DNA of 64,000 nucleotides, from positions 1,094,133 to 1,158,132 of the forward strand of contig JALOBK010000001.1 of the NCBI GenBank assembly GCA_023228325.1, read 5' to 3'. Below are positions 29,760 to 39,436 of the stretch, piece after piece. Made by a program: the position numbers and the translations under genes. Positions within the stretch are counted from its first letter, which is position 1. Each line of letters begins with the position of its first letter. The notes under the pieces are model-generated. The model saw only the letters and a program-made list of their open reading frames with translations, was not told the origin of the DNA and ran no database searches. This stretch comes from a bacterium (GTDB lineage Bacteria; Auribacterota; UBA6266).

Positions 29760-32700
29760 ATGCTTTCTCGTGAAACAATAGAGATTTTCCCTTCCCCTCT
29801 CGCCGTTTCGGAATATATCAGGAGGATGGGAAAAGAAATCTACTTTAACCATACCTTCTATACATTCGGAAAGATCCTGCTTAATCTTGCGGCAGAGCTT
29901 CTTGAGGAGCGCTTTATAACTGACTTTGAAAAAGAGATAATCCTCAAGAGGATCTGCTCCGGTTATTTCAAAACCCGGAAAAAAAATTATTTTTATCCTG
30001 TTTTTTCAAAGCCCGGCTTCATAAAGGATTTGAAAAAAAGCGTTAAAACGCTTAAAAAGGCCGGAGTCACGCCCGAAATACTTAAAAAACACATAGGCAA
30101 CAGCAAAAGGGAAAAACTTTCCCTGAAAAGGCTAACGGATTTTTACAATATTTATTCTGAATATTGCAGTTCCTGCCGTGATTATGACGATATGGGATGG
30201 CTGGTGATAGATGCCCTGGGGAAAATGGCGGACATGGCACCTTTTTTGAGGGGTATAAAGAAGGTGGTTGTGCGCCCGAGGTATCAGCTCACAAACGTGC
30301 AATTGAAACTGCTCGAAATTTTTGCCGATAAAGGAATAAAAGTTTCCGTGTATTTCCCCTGCGATGAAAGCAATGCGGCGTTTGAAGCGGGTATATTTCC
30401 ATGCAGGTGCTTAAAACAGATGGATTCGGGCAATATCAGGGTTGATAACACTGTTTCGGGCAGCGCTAGGCAGCCTTCCGATTTGGCGTTTGTCCAGAAA
30501 AACCTTTTCAGGGCGGTGAATAATGAAGCAAAAGCGACAGACGGTTCAATCAGCGTAATTGAAGCCGCGGACAGGAATTCGGAAGTAAGAGAAATAGCCC
30601 TCCGCATAAAGAAATATCTTTGCGGCGACGAATATTTGAAACCTTCTGATATTGTCGTGATAGCGAAAAAAATATCGCTCTATGACGACTACATAAGACA
30701 ACATTTTAACAGAGCTAAGATACCATATTATTTCAGGCGCGGGAGACAGCTGCAGCGCGCCAACTTCTACAAGGATTTAATGCTGGTGTTGTCAATGGCC
30801 GAAGAATATTTTCCCAGGGAAAATATTGCCAGGATAATCGCGGCGCCGTATTTTACCGATATAGGGATAGACAAAGATGTTGCCGGACTTATCCTTTGCC
30901 TTTGCGGATATTTGTCGGCGGACAATAAACCCGTCGACGGGTGTTTAAACTGGCTTGCCGGGAAAGGAGGGGAAACAAAAGATTTTATAAACAGCGGGAT
31001 TGATATTCAGGATGTGAAAACATTGAATGAATTTCTTTGCGGGCTTATCCGGGATATTTCGTTTGAAGCTGAACGGACAGCAAAGGATTTTTCAAAATGG
31101 TTAAGAAATTTTATAAGCCGTTACTATATCAGAAATATGATTGAGGATGAAGTATCCGCGGTGTGCGGACTGCTGGATAAGATAGACGCCTGCCCGGATA
31201 ATATCATGGGGTCGTCCCTTGTGAGTGCCGCCCGGTTTAAGGAAATGATAGAAAGTCTGGCCGAAAGAGAAGTCATACATGAAAAAAACAACCTGAACGC
31301 TGTAAAAATATTGACGCCTTTTGATACGGACGGCATGAATTTTAAAATAGGCGTTTTTTGCGGTATGGCAGAAGGCGAGTTCCCGTCCCGGAAAACAGAA
31401 GGCCTTATACTTAAAGACGCTGATATAGAAGCACTGAACCGCATACTGGACGAAAAAGGAATGCTGCCGGTTCAAAAATCTGCAGATGAAGAAATTACAG
31501 ACAGAAATATTTTTTACAGAAGTTTTCTGAATATTTCGGACAAATGCATATTCACAGTCCCGTTTACTGAAGAGACCCGGGAAGACAGAAAAAAATCCGT
31601 ATTTCTCGAAGAAATAGAAATGATGTTTTTATCAGAGAAGGACGGTAAAATGGTTTCGGCGCTGGAGGTAAAAAAAATCCCGCCTTCCTCTGTGATAAGT
31701 GAGCCGGATGATGCCGCATCCAGAACAGACCTGCTGGTTTCCATCGCAAAAAAAAGCAGGGGGAGGAAACTTCTTTTACAGCCCGGCGGGCTGCAGCGGG
31801 AGCTGGAGCAGAATGACAGTGTGTTTATGAGAAATCCTAATGTCATTGCAGCGGGTGATGCTAAAAATTACAGGGGTTTTTATTCTTCCGAAGAGATCCG
31901 CCGTTTTTTGTCGGATAAATTTTTTCAGGACGGGGCATTTTCGTTTAACGCAACCGCGCTGGAAGCGTTTCTAAGATGCCCGTTCAGATATTTTATGCAG
32001 TCGCTCATGAAAATGAGAGATTTGCCGAGGCCGGAACTCTATATTGATGTTATGGATGAAGGGGCCATTATCCATGAAGTGCTGGAAAATTTCTGCAAAG
32101 AGAGAAAAGGGAAGGGAGGAGAAAGGCTTTTATTGGATATTGCCGGCGGAATTTTTAATTCATATGAGCAGAACAATCTGACGGGCAGGAAGGAATTGTG
32201 GTCGGTGAAGAAAGAAGGGATGACCGAAATCCTCAGGAACTTTCTGAAACTTGAAGAAAAATCCCCGATAGGGCCCGGGAAAACGGAATTTCTCAGGGCT
32301 GAATTCCCGTTCAAGAAATTCGTAACCGGTATACGCGGCGAAAAGATAGCGCTGAACGGATATATAGACAGAATAGATATCTCAAAAACAGGCATAGTTT
32401 ATGTGGTCGACTATAAAACCAGCAGGCAGGTCAGAAGCGAAGAAGATTTTCGCGAAGGGTATCTGGCTCAGGCCGCTCTTTATAAACTGGTCCTTTCAGA
32501 AAAAACCGCGCAGAAAAATCTGGGCATAAAAAGCCCGGCTGAAATCAGGGCATGTTATTTCCTTTTGAAAGCCGACCCCTTTGATGAAAAAGCGGAATTC
32601 TTTTCGGAAATTGCCGTATCGGGCGACTGGGAGGAAATCCTTTTTGAAAAAATAATGAGATTCAAAAAAGCTGTTATCAACATGGAATTTCCCGCGCGCC

Positions 32701-32783
32701 CTTTTGACAGGCAGGTTGATTGCAGGAACTGCGAGTTCCCTTATTTTTGCAGGATAGCCGAAGATTGGGGCGCGAAAACATGA
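29760..32783 (+). CDS. addB: AddB-like helicase/nuclease subunit (PD-(D/E)XK, Fe-S)
   Basis: NATALEAFLRCPF, GYIDRID..VVDYKT, CRNCEFPYFC; ATGA overlap with addA. Confidence 0.85.
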   Translation: MLSRETIEIFPSPLAVSEYIRRMGKEIYFNHTFYTFGKILLNLAAELLEERFITDFEKEIILKRICSGYFKTRKKNYFYPVFSKPGFIKDLKKSVKTLKKAGVTPEILKKHIGNSKREKLSLKRLTDFYNIYSEYCSSCRDYDDMGWLVIDALGKMADMAPFLRGIKKVVVRPRYQLTNVQLKLLEIFADKGIKVSVYFPCDESNAAFEAGIFPCRCLKQMDSGNIRVDNTVSGSARQPSDLAFVQKNLFRAVNNEAKATDGSISVIEAADRNSEVREIALRIKKYLCGDEYLKPSDIVVIAKKISLYDDYIRQHFNRAKIPYYFRRGRQLQRANFYKDLMLVLSMAEEYFPRENIARIIAAPYFTDIGIDKDVAGLILCLCGYLSADNKPVDGCLNWLAGKGGETKDFINSGIDIQDVKTLNEFLCGLIRDISFEAERTAKDFSKWLRNFISRYYIRNMIEDEVSAVCGLLDKIDACPDNIMGSSLVSAARFKEMIESLAEREVIHEKNNLNAVKILTPFDTDGMNFKIGVFCGMAEGEFPSRKTEGLILKDADIEALNRILDEKGMLPVQKSADEEITDRNIFYRSFLNISDKCIFTVPFTEETREDRKKSVFLEEIEMMFLSEKDGKMVSALEVKKIPPSSVISEPDDAASRTDLLVSIAKKSRGRKLLLQPGGLQRELEQNDSVFMRNPNVIAAGDAKNYRGFYSSEEIRRFLSDKFFQDGAFSFNATALEAFLRCPFRYFMQSLMKMRDLPRPELYIDVMDEGAIIHEVLENFCKERKGKGGERLLLDIAGGIFNSYEQNNLTGRKELWSVKKEGMTEILRNFLKLEEKSPIGPGKTEFLRAEFPFKKFVTGIRGEKIALNGYIDRIDISKTGIVYVVDYKTSRQVRSEEDFREGYLAQAALYKLVLSEKTAQKNLGIKSPAEIRACYFLLKADPFDEKAEFFSEIAVSGDWEEILFEKIMRFKKAVINMEFPARPFDRQVDCRNCEFPYFCRIAEDWGAKT

Positions 32784-35716
32784 AATATAACTGGGAAAAA
32801 CAGATAGAAGATGTTCTGAACACCAAAACAAAAGCCGCGATTTCCGCCTCCGCGGGAACCGGAAAGACAACTTTTGCGATGAATAAGGTAATACGGTTGA
32901 TTGAAGAAGGACGGAATGATAAAGAGAGAGAGGAAATAGCGGCTTCCATATGCTGCATAACATTTACGAAAAAAGCTGCGGGAGATTTTAAGGGAAGAGC
33001 AAAAGAAATACTTCTGGAAACGGCAAAAGGATCGGATTTTCGCGAAAGGTTTGAGTATGTAAGAGTAATAGACGAGATTCAGATATCAACAATACATTCA
33101 TTTGCGGTAAAAATATTAAGAGAATTCTGCTCCTATGCGGATATAGACCCGGAACCTGAAATAATAGATGAGGACAAGCGGAAAATTCTGAGAAAAGCGT
33201 TAAAACAGGCGGTGGTTTCTAGGATTGATGCCGGCGAAGATACGGTTCTTAACAGGATTCTTGCCGTCCTGCCTCTCGAAAAGAAAGGGTTTCAGGGCGG
33301 TTTTGAGGATTATGTTTTTGATATTGTAAATAATTTCAGGGCCGCGGATATTCCCGGAAAGGTGAAAAACTTTGTTTCGAAATCCGTTAAAAACGAGAAA
33401 GATGAAATAAAACAGATTTCTTTATGTCTTGCGGGGATTGCGGATGAGGTCTTTGAAAGGTATGAAAAACTTAAACAAAACAGGATTACATATGATGAAA
33501 TCCTTATCAAAGCCAGGAATTTATTGAGGGATCATAAAGACGTAAGACAGGAGATAAAAAAAAGATATAAATTGATAATACTCGACGAGGCCCAGGATAC
33601 GGACAATATCCAGATGGAGTTTATCATGTGGCTTTCCGAGAGAGATGAGACCCTTGCCGGAAACATCGCCGAAATCCAGCTGTCCGACAAAATAATCGTC
33701 GTAGGTGATTTCAAACAGTCTATTTACGGCTGGAGAAATGCGGATCCCGCGGTATTCGGCAAAATCCGCGAACAAATAGGGCTTAAGAGGTCTTTAAGGG
33801 AGAACAGGAGAAGCCAGAAGGGAATACTGGATTATATAAATAATCTTTCGATGCTTATTATAGCCGACTTCGATAAAACCGGAGACCTTATTAAAGCGAA
33901 GAGAAAAGAAACGCATGATTCCGGAAATGTTTACAGGCTGTTTAACAGGGAAGGGTTTGAAACTGCCGAAGCGCAGAGAAAAAAGGAAGCGGAATACCTG
34001 AGCGTGCTTATTAAGCGGATGGCTGAGGAAGGCACTTTAAACGGGAAGGAAGTGAAAGTATTCAGGGACGGAAAAGAAGAGAACCCCCTTTATTCGGATA
34101 TCGCGATTTTATTCCGCAGACTGACCAAAGTCGGTATCTATGAAAAATGCCTGCAGGAGCGCGGCATCCCTTATTTTGTTCTGGGTAATTCCGGGTTCCT
34201 GTCAAGATTTGAGGTGCGTGACTCACTGAATTTTTTGAATATTATGTCCAATGCGCGGGATGAGCTTGCATATGCGAGCCTTTTGAGGTCCTTCGCATCA
34301 ACAGCGGATGATAACCGGATAGTCTGCGGGAAACTGGAAAATAAAATACTGAAACCCGAAAAGTTTTTGAATGGAGGGAGAAAAAACGCTGTTCAAAAAT
34401 TAGACAGCGTTTTGCTGGATGTAAGGCAGAAAAAAAGTACCCGCGCCCCATCCGAGTTATTGACCGAGTTTCTGGAGAGGGTTTCATATTTCAGCGCTCT
34501 GGCAAAACTTGCCGACGGCGATATAAGAATTGCCAACGTTGAAAAGCTTATAGAAAAAATACGCGCCATGGAATCCTCGGGTTACGACTCTCTGGAAGAC
34601 ATAACTCAGCGGTTTATCGATGATATAAGTTTTGAGTCGGATGAGGGGCTCGCTTCGGTGTCCGGAGAAGGCGATAATTCGGTAAGGCTGATGACGGTTC
34701 ACAGGTCCAAAGGGCTGCAGTTCCCCATTGTAATCATTCCCGATACATCGTCTGGAAGATTTATCGGGGATAAGGTGATTATAAGACATGACGGGGCTTT
34801 TGCGTTCAAAATGAATAAATACTGGGAAACTTCCAATTATGAAAAAGAAAAAAACAGGACAAAACATGAAAGAAGCGAAGAAGAAAAAAGGCTGTTGTAT
34901 GTCGCCGTTACGCGGGCCAGAGATGTTTTAATTGTTTCCTGCCTGAATAAAAAGCCGGAGTCCAGAGAAAAAGGGAAAAATCTTAACACATGGTTTGATT
35001 GCCTTAAGAATGTTTCTCCGGCGCGGGATATTTATATCGAAGACGGATGTGAAAGTCCGGCAGAAACAGCTCAGGAATCCCCCCCTGCCGTTGCAGAACT
35101 GGATGTTAAGCAAAACATGGAATTTGCCGATGCCGATATAGATGTGTTGAACCCGCCTGTTGAAAAAATAAGCGTCTCGCGGTATCTTGATAAGGAAGGA
35201 TATATGTTTTCCAGGGATATCATGGAACAGGAAGAGGATATATCTTCGGATATTGAAGACGAGCCCCGCGCGGATAAAAAGGGAAATATCGGAACAGCTA
35301 TTCATTACACTCTGGAACACATGGATTCAAAAAAGGATATCATCAGACTGCTTAAGCATAAATTACCTGAGGCGGAGGTCCTTCAAATTGCCCCGGAGGT
35401 TGAAAGATTTGTCGAAACAGACGAGTACAGGGAAATGGGATCTGCCGATGAGATATACAGGGAATTGCCGTTTGTCCTCAGGGAAGGGCAATATGAAATC
35501 AACGGGAGGATCGATTGTGTTTACAGGAAAAACAACAGGATAGTAATAGTTGATTTTAAATGGTCCGACTACAGAGGAGAAAGATACAACAGACAGCTTG
35601 AAATATATAAAAAAGCGTTTGAAAAACATTCAAGCGATATGAAGGTAGAGACACGCATTCTTTATATAAAGAAAGGAGGACAGAATGGAGAAAAGAGCTG
35701 TCATCGTTCTGGCTGA
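32780..35716 (+). CDS. addA: AddA-like UvrD helicase/nuclease
   Basis: SASAGTGKT, LDEAQD, VGDFKQSIYGWR, TVHRSKGLQF, LLYVAVTRA, GRID..IVDFK; ATG 32780. Confidence 0.88.
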   Translation: MKYNWEKQIEDVLNTKTKAAISASAGTGKTTFAMNKVIRLIEEGRNDKEREEIAASICCITFTKKAAGDFKGRAKEILLETAKGSDFRERFEYVRVIDEIQISTIHSFAVKILREFCSYADIDPEPEIIDEDKRKILRKALKQAVVSRIDAGEDTVLNRILAVLPLEKKGFQGGFEDYVFDIVNNFRAADIPGKVKNFVSKSVKNEKDEIKQISLCLAGIADEVFERYEKLKQNRITYDEILIKARNLLRDHKDVRQEIKKRYKLIILDEAQDTDNIQMEFIMWLSERDETLAGNIAEIQLSDKIIVVGDFKQSIYGWRNADPAVFGKIREQIGLKRSLRENRRSQKGILDYINNLSMLIIADFDKTGDLIKAKRKETHDSGNVYRLFNREGFETAEAQRKKEAEYLSVLIKRMAEEGTLNGKEVKVFRDGKEENPLYSDIAILFRRLTKVGIYEKCLQERGIPYFVLGNSGFLSRFEVRDSLNFLNIMSNARDELAYASLLRSFASTADDNRIVCGKLENKILKPEKFLNGGRKNAVQKLDSVLLDVRQKKSTRAPSELLTEFLERVSYFSALAKLADGDIRIANVEKLIEKIRAMESSGYDSLEDITQRFIDDISFESDEGLASVSGEGDNSVRLMTVHRSKGLQFPIVIIPDTSSGRFIGDKVIIRHDGAFAFKMNKYWETSNYEKEKNRTKHERSEEEKRLLYVAVTRARDVLIVSCLNKKPESREKGKNLNTWFDCLKNVSPARDIYIEDGCESPAETAQESPPAVAELDVKQNMEFADADIDVLNPPVEKISVSRYLDKEGYMFSRDIMEQEEDISSDIEDEPRADKKGNIGTAIHYTLEHMDSKKDIIRLLKHKLPEAEVLQIAPEVERFVETDEYREMGSADEIYRELPFVLREGQYEINGRIDCVYRKNNRIVIVDFKWSDYRGERYNRQLEIYKKAFEKHSSDMKVETRILYIKKGGQNGEKSCHRSG

Positions 35717-36233
35717 TGGTTTTGAAGAAATAGAAGCTGTTGCCCCAATCGACATTTTAAGAAGAGCGGGCATTAGAGTGGATGTTACCGGACTCGATAA
35801 AAAAACTGTTCCCGGCGCGAGGGGCATAAAAATAGAAACAGACCTTTTATTTGAGGAGATTTCCGACGCGGACGCTTTGATACTGCCGGGGGGGATGCCC
35901 GGATCCGCAAATCTGGCGGGTTCGGACAAATTATTAAACTCAGTCAAGAATTTAAACGGCAAAGGCAGGTTGATTGCCGCGATCTGTGCTTCCCCTGCCT
36001 ACGTGCTTGTTCCCGCCGGTATTCTTCCGGGCAGAAAAGTGACAGGTTTTCCAGGAACAAAATCCAGATTCAGCGGAATTGCTGAATTCATAGACAGGCC
36101 CGTTATAAGGGACGTCAATATTATTACAAGCAGAGGAGCCGGCACGGCATTGGAATTTTCCTGCGCTATTGTGGAATATCTGGCGGGAGCAAAAAAAGCG
36201 GATGATATACGCAGGGCAATACTGATAAAATAG
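35685..36233 (+). CDS. DJ-1/PfpI family protein (YajL-like)
   Basis: GFEEIEAV, LPGGMPGS, AAICASP, ITSRGAGTA. Confidence 0.92.
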   Translation: MEKRAVIVLADGFEEIEAVAPIDILRRAGIRVDVTGLDKKTVPGARGIKIETDLLFEEISDADALILPGGMPGSANLAGSDKLLNSVKNLNGKGRLIAAICASPAYVLVPAGILPGRKVTGFPGTKSRFSGIAEFIDRPVIRDVNIITSRGAGTALEFSCAIVEYLAGAKKADDIRRAILIK

Positions 36234-36254
36234 AATAGCGGAAGGAGGGACCAA

Positions 36255-36626
36255 TTGAAAAAGAATATTTTTTTAGTGTGCATTTTTTTCTTTGTTCTAT
36301 GCGGCCCGGGAACTTTTTCACTGGCTGATAAAGTCGATAATCTTATAAATGATTTGAATAGCAGCTCGGGCAGTGCCAGGTGGAAAGCCGTGATGTTCCT
36401 GGGACAGGAAAAAGACAGAAGGGCGGTTGAACCTTTAATAAAGGTGATAGCGACCGATCAGAATTATGGCGTCAGGATGGAAGCCATAAAAAGCCTGGGG
36501 AAAATAGGGGATAAAAGAGCTGTCGAAATCCTGAAACCTCTTCTTAAAAGCGAAGATGACAGCGTAAGCAGGGCCGCAGCCGAAGCATTGGCCAGTATCC
36601 AATCAGCCGCGGGCGATTCTGATTGA
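36255..36626 (+). CDS. Exported HEAT/PBS-repeat protein
   Basis: Signal peptide; repeats ARWKAVMFLG..DRRAVEPL / VRMEAIKSLGKIGDKRAVEIL. Confidence 0.85.
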   Translation: MKKNIFLVCIFFFVLCGPGTFSLADKVDNLINDLNSSSGSARWKAVMFLGQEKDRRAVEPLIKVIATDQNYGVRMEAIKSLGKIGDKRAVEILKPLLKSEDDSVSRAAAEALASIQSAAGDSD

Positions 36627-36656
36627 ATGACGGTAATATTCTAACAGGGAGTTATT

Positions 36657-37175
36657 ATGGATGTTGTCTTTGTCATTAAGATTTTTTCCGGGTTTGCCGC
36701 TTTTGTAACATTGGCGGCTGCTTTTTACAAGTCGGTTAAAGCAAATACGGGCGGATACAGAACGCTTGTTCTGATAATCGGACTTTGTATAGTATCCATT
36801 ATTATGGCTGCCGTTGCTGTTTATCTCTCTGCTGTCGGGTCTGATAAAACGGTAAAAGGGCATATCCTGGAGCAAAAAAAAGAGCTGTATGAAATAAACG
36901 AATCTATATCAAGGCTTCAAAGATATATTGAAGAACAGAATATATTGTTCAGCCAGGCAAAAGAGACAATCAGTCAGCTCGAAAAAAGAAAACATGAATT
37001 AACGCCCTTGATTGAAACCGATGACAAAACAATAGACATTGTAGCCAAAATCCATGAAAACGAGTTATCAGACAGGATGTTAAGAGAAAGATTAATAGGG
37101 TCTTTTATCGGGGTTATAAGCCTGGTTTTAATAATGGTTTTTGTAAATGTTATCAGATCATACTTTAAAAAGTAA
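36657..37175 (+). CDS. Hypothetical membrane protein with coiled coil
   Basis: Two N-terminal TMs, heptad-rich middle, C-terminal TM; GGAG SD. Confidence 0.7.
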   Translation: MDVVFVIKIFSGFAAFVTLAAAFYKSVKANTGGYRTLVLIIGLCIVSIIMAAVAVYLSAVGSDKTVKGHILEQKKELYEINESISRLQRYIEEQNILFSQAKETISQLEKRKHELTPLIETDDKTIDIVAKIHENELSDRMLRERLIGSFIGVISLVLIMVFVNVIRSYFKK

Positions 37176-37249
37176 ATTTATAATATCTTGTTACACAGGC
37201 AATTATGTAAAATTATAGTTGTTCCGGCCTTATAATTGGAAAAACATGC

Positions 37250-37277
37250 TTGACAAACCCGGGAAAATTATTAAAAT
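37250..37277 (+). promoter_or_regulatory. sigma70-like promoter for CBM/PEP-CTERM genes
   Basis: TTGACA-16bp-TAAAAT. Confidence 0.6.
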
Positions 37278-37381
37278 CTATATTAGTAAAACATTTTACA
37301 CATAGTAAATAGATTATTTTTTTGGTCTTTTAGTAAAACAATTAAGTTATAATAAATATATTAATTAAAAGGGGGTATGTT

Positions 37382-37948
37382 GTGAAGAATAAGAGGTTGG
37401 CTTTAGAAATGTTCTGTGTATTTATACTGTTATTTTTTATCAGGGGAGCGGCTCCGGCATTTGCCGAAGACCTGATAATCAACAAAGGTTTCGAAGACAG
37501 TGATTTTGAATGGTACAACTGGAATGACGGCGAAAGTTCCGGAAGCATAGAATCATCCGAATTTCACGGAGGCAGTGTTTCCGCATGCAGGGAAATATAT
37601 GGAGTGGGAATGGGGTGCTACGGCCAGATTGTGCCGGTTTCCGCGGGACAGACGCTGGAAATAAGCGCCTGGGTGAATAATCCCCCGTCTGATGCGTTGA
37701 CGGATAGCGCGGAAGCATTCATAAGGGTAGAGTTCTGGAATGACAGCGGTCCGCTGGGTTCGGGCCATACTGAAAGTAAACATATAAGGAATGCGACTGA
37801 AGGATGGATAAGGCTGGATGTAAAAGCAAAAGTTCCTAGAGGCGCGACAGAGGCAAGAGTGCTTGCGTTTAATAAAGGGGCAAAGCCATCCTCAAAAGGA
37901 AAAGTGTATTTTGATGATTTTGAACTTATTATAAGCTCGGGCCAGTAA
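37382..37948 (+). CDS. Secreted carbohydrate-binding-module-like (jelly-roll) protein
   Basis: Signal peptide, LIINKGFE...YGQIVPV..GQT..ISAWV...GWIRL...YFDDF pattern of CBM4/9-like domains. Confidence 0.7.
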   Translation: MKNKRLALEMFCVFILLFFIRGAAPAFAEDLIINKGFEDSDFEWYNWNDGESSGSIESSEFHGGSVSACREIYGVGMGCYGQIVPVSAGQTLEISAWVNNPPSDALTDSAEAFIRVEFWNDSGPLGSGHTESKHIRNATEGWIRLDVKAKVPRGATEARVLAFNKGAKPSSKGKVYFDDFELIISSGQ

Positions 37949-37970
37949 ATAAACGGAGGGAGGAAAACAG

Positions 37971-38594
37971 ATGAAACAGTTGTTAGCAGTGTTTTTTTTA
38001 ACAGTAGTTATCAGCTTTTTCCCGGCAATCGCGCATGCAAATCTTTTGTCGAATGCCGGATTTGAGAACGCTGAACAGGGCGCATGGTGGGGTCCCTGGG
38101 GAAATAGCCAGCATGCAGGGACTTATGGAGATACAGGTACCGGAATAGGAGGTTCAAAATCCGTTAAGTTCACCGCTAATGCCGCTGCAGGAACCGGCGA
38201 TGATTATTTTATGTATGATAATACGCTTGTTGCTGTTACGGCGGGACAGACATATTACGGGACGATATTTGCTAAAACCAATGCGCTTATCAATGAAGAA
38301 GTGACGATAAAAATAGACTGGTTCAATACAGGAAGCTGGGTTGGAACAGCAGGAGCATCAACTCCTCTGAGCGGGACAAATGACTGGACAGCGCTCAATA
38401 TAAGCGGAGCGGCGCCCGGTAATGCGACTCATGCTTCTCTTGCATTTTTTATCAACCAGACCGTTGAAGGCGGCACGGGAACAGCATATTTCGATAATGC
38501 TTACCTTGACGCGACTCCGGTGCCTGAACCGGGAACAATAGTTTTACTCGCGGGAGGTTTACTCGGACTTATTGTTTTTTCGAGAAAAAAATGA
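37971..38594 (+). CDS. PEP-CTERM protein with CBM-like domain
   Basis: Signal peptide, NLLSNAGFE...YFDNA, C-terminal VPEPGT + TM + RKK. Confidence 0.9.
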   Translation: MKQLLAVFFLTVVISFFPAIAHANLLSNAGFENAEQGAWWGPWGNSQHAGTYGDTGTGIGGSKSVKFTANAAAGTGDDYFMYDNTLVAVTAGQTYYGTIFAKTNALINEEVTIKIDWFNTGSWVGTAGASTPLSGTNDWTALNISGAAPGNATHASLAFFINQTVEGGTGTAYFDNAYLDATPVPEPGTIVLLAGGLLGLIVFSRKK

Positions 38595-38617
38595 CGAGAT
38601 AGACTGATATTTGTTTG

Positions 38618-38689
38618 AAACAGCCGTTCTTATAAAAGGGTTTTCCCTCTTTCCCCCACAAGAAAGTTCTAAGGGCGGCTGTTTTTTTT
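38618..38689 (+). terminator. Intrinsic terminator-like stem with large structured loop
   Basis: AAACAGCCGTTCTTA / TAAGGGCGGCTGTTT stem (two G-U pairs) followed by a T run. Confidence 0.7.
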
Positions 38690-38713
38690 AGAAACGGGAA
38701 AGGATCCGGCATA

Positions 38714-39370
38714 ATGGGTAATAATATGGTTGACCGGAACTCAAAAAGACTAATGGAACGAATTGCCCTAAAGAGTTTTACCCTGATTGAGCTTCTTGTG
38801 GTTATTGCGATAATTTCCGTTCTGGCGGGTTTTTTGGTCCCCGCTTTTCAGAAGGGCCGGCTGAAAGCCAAACAGGCCGTATGTTACAGCAATCTCAAGC
38901 AGATAGGTATCGCGCTTCAGATGTATCTTATAGAACAGGATGAAAAATTTCCCTATCTCGTGTGCAACAATGTCCATCTCTGGAACGCGTTTTCGGATAT
39001 TATAAGAAGGTTTGATTCTTATATAGACGGTATGGATGTTTACAGGTGCCCGGCAAATCAAAACACACTCAATGCGGGCTGGAGAGACGATGTTTTTGAC
39101 GACCAGGACAGCAGCGGGAATGTTATACTTGATTATGAAATCAACGGTTATTCTTCGGGAGGAAAAACATTAAAGGACCTTAAGAATAAGGATTTCAGTA
39201 TTTATGCATATATGTATGATTATCCATACAATTCATGGGATGAGAGGCCTCACGGCAACGGCATCAACTGCCTTTATGTGGATGGGCATGTAACCTGGCT
39301 GCGCGACAGGGAAATGAATCTGGCGGGCGCGGAGAAGGACAAATTCTACGGGCGCGGGTGGGTTGAATGA
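38714..39370 (+). CDS. Prepilin-type N-terminal / H-X9-DG domain protein
   Basis: [44 protein letters not shown]. Confidence 0.9.
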   Translation: MGNNMVDRNSKRLMERIALKSFTLIELLVVIAIISVLAGFLVPAFQKGRLKAKQAVCYSNLKQIGIALQMYLIEQDEKFPYLVCNNVHLWNAFSDIIRRFDSYIDGMDVYRCPANQNTLNAGWRDDVFDDQDSSGNVILDYEINGYSSGGKTLKDLKNKDFSIYAYMYDYPYNSWDERPHGNGINCLYVDGHVTWLRDREMNLAGAEKDKFYGRGWVE

Positions 39371-39436
39371 TTTTTCGGGTTTTTTTATGTATATAAGTTA
39401 CAATGATTATATCTTGTTTTTGCAAAGGAGAAATTA

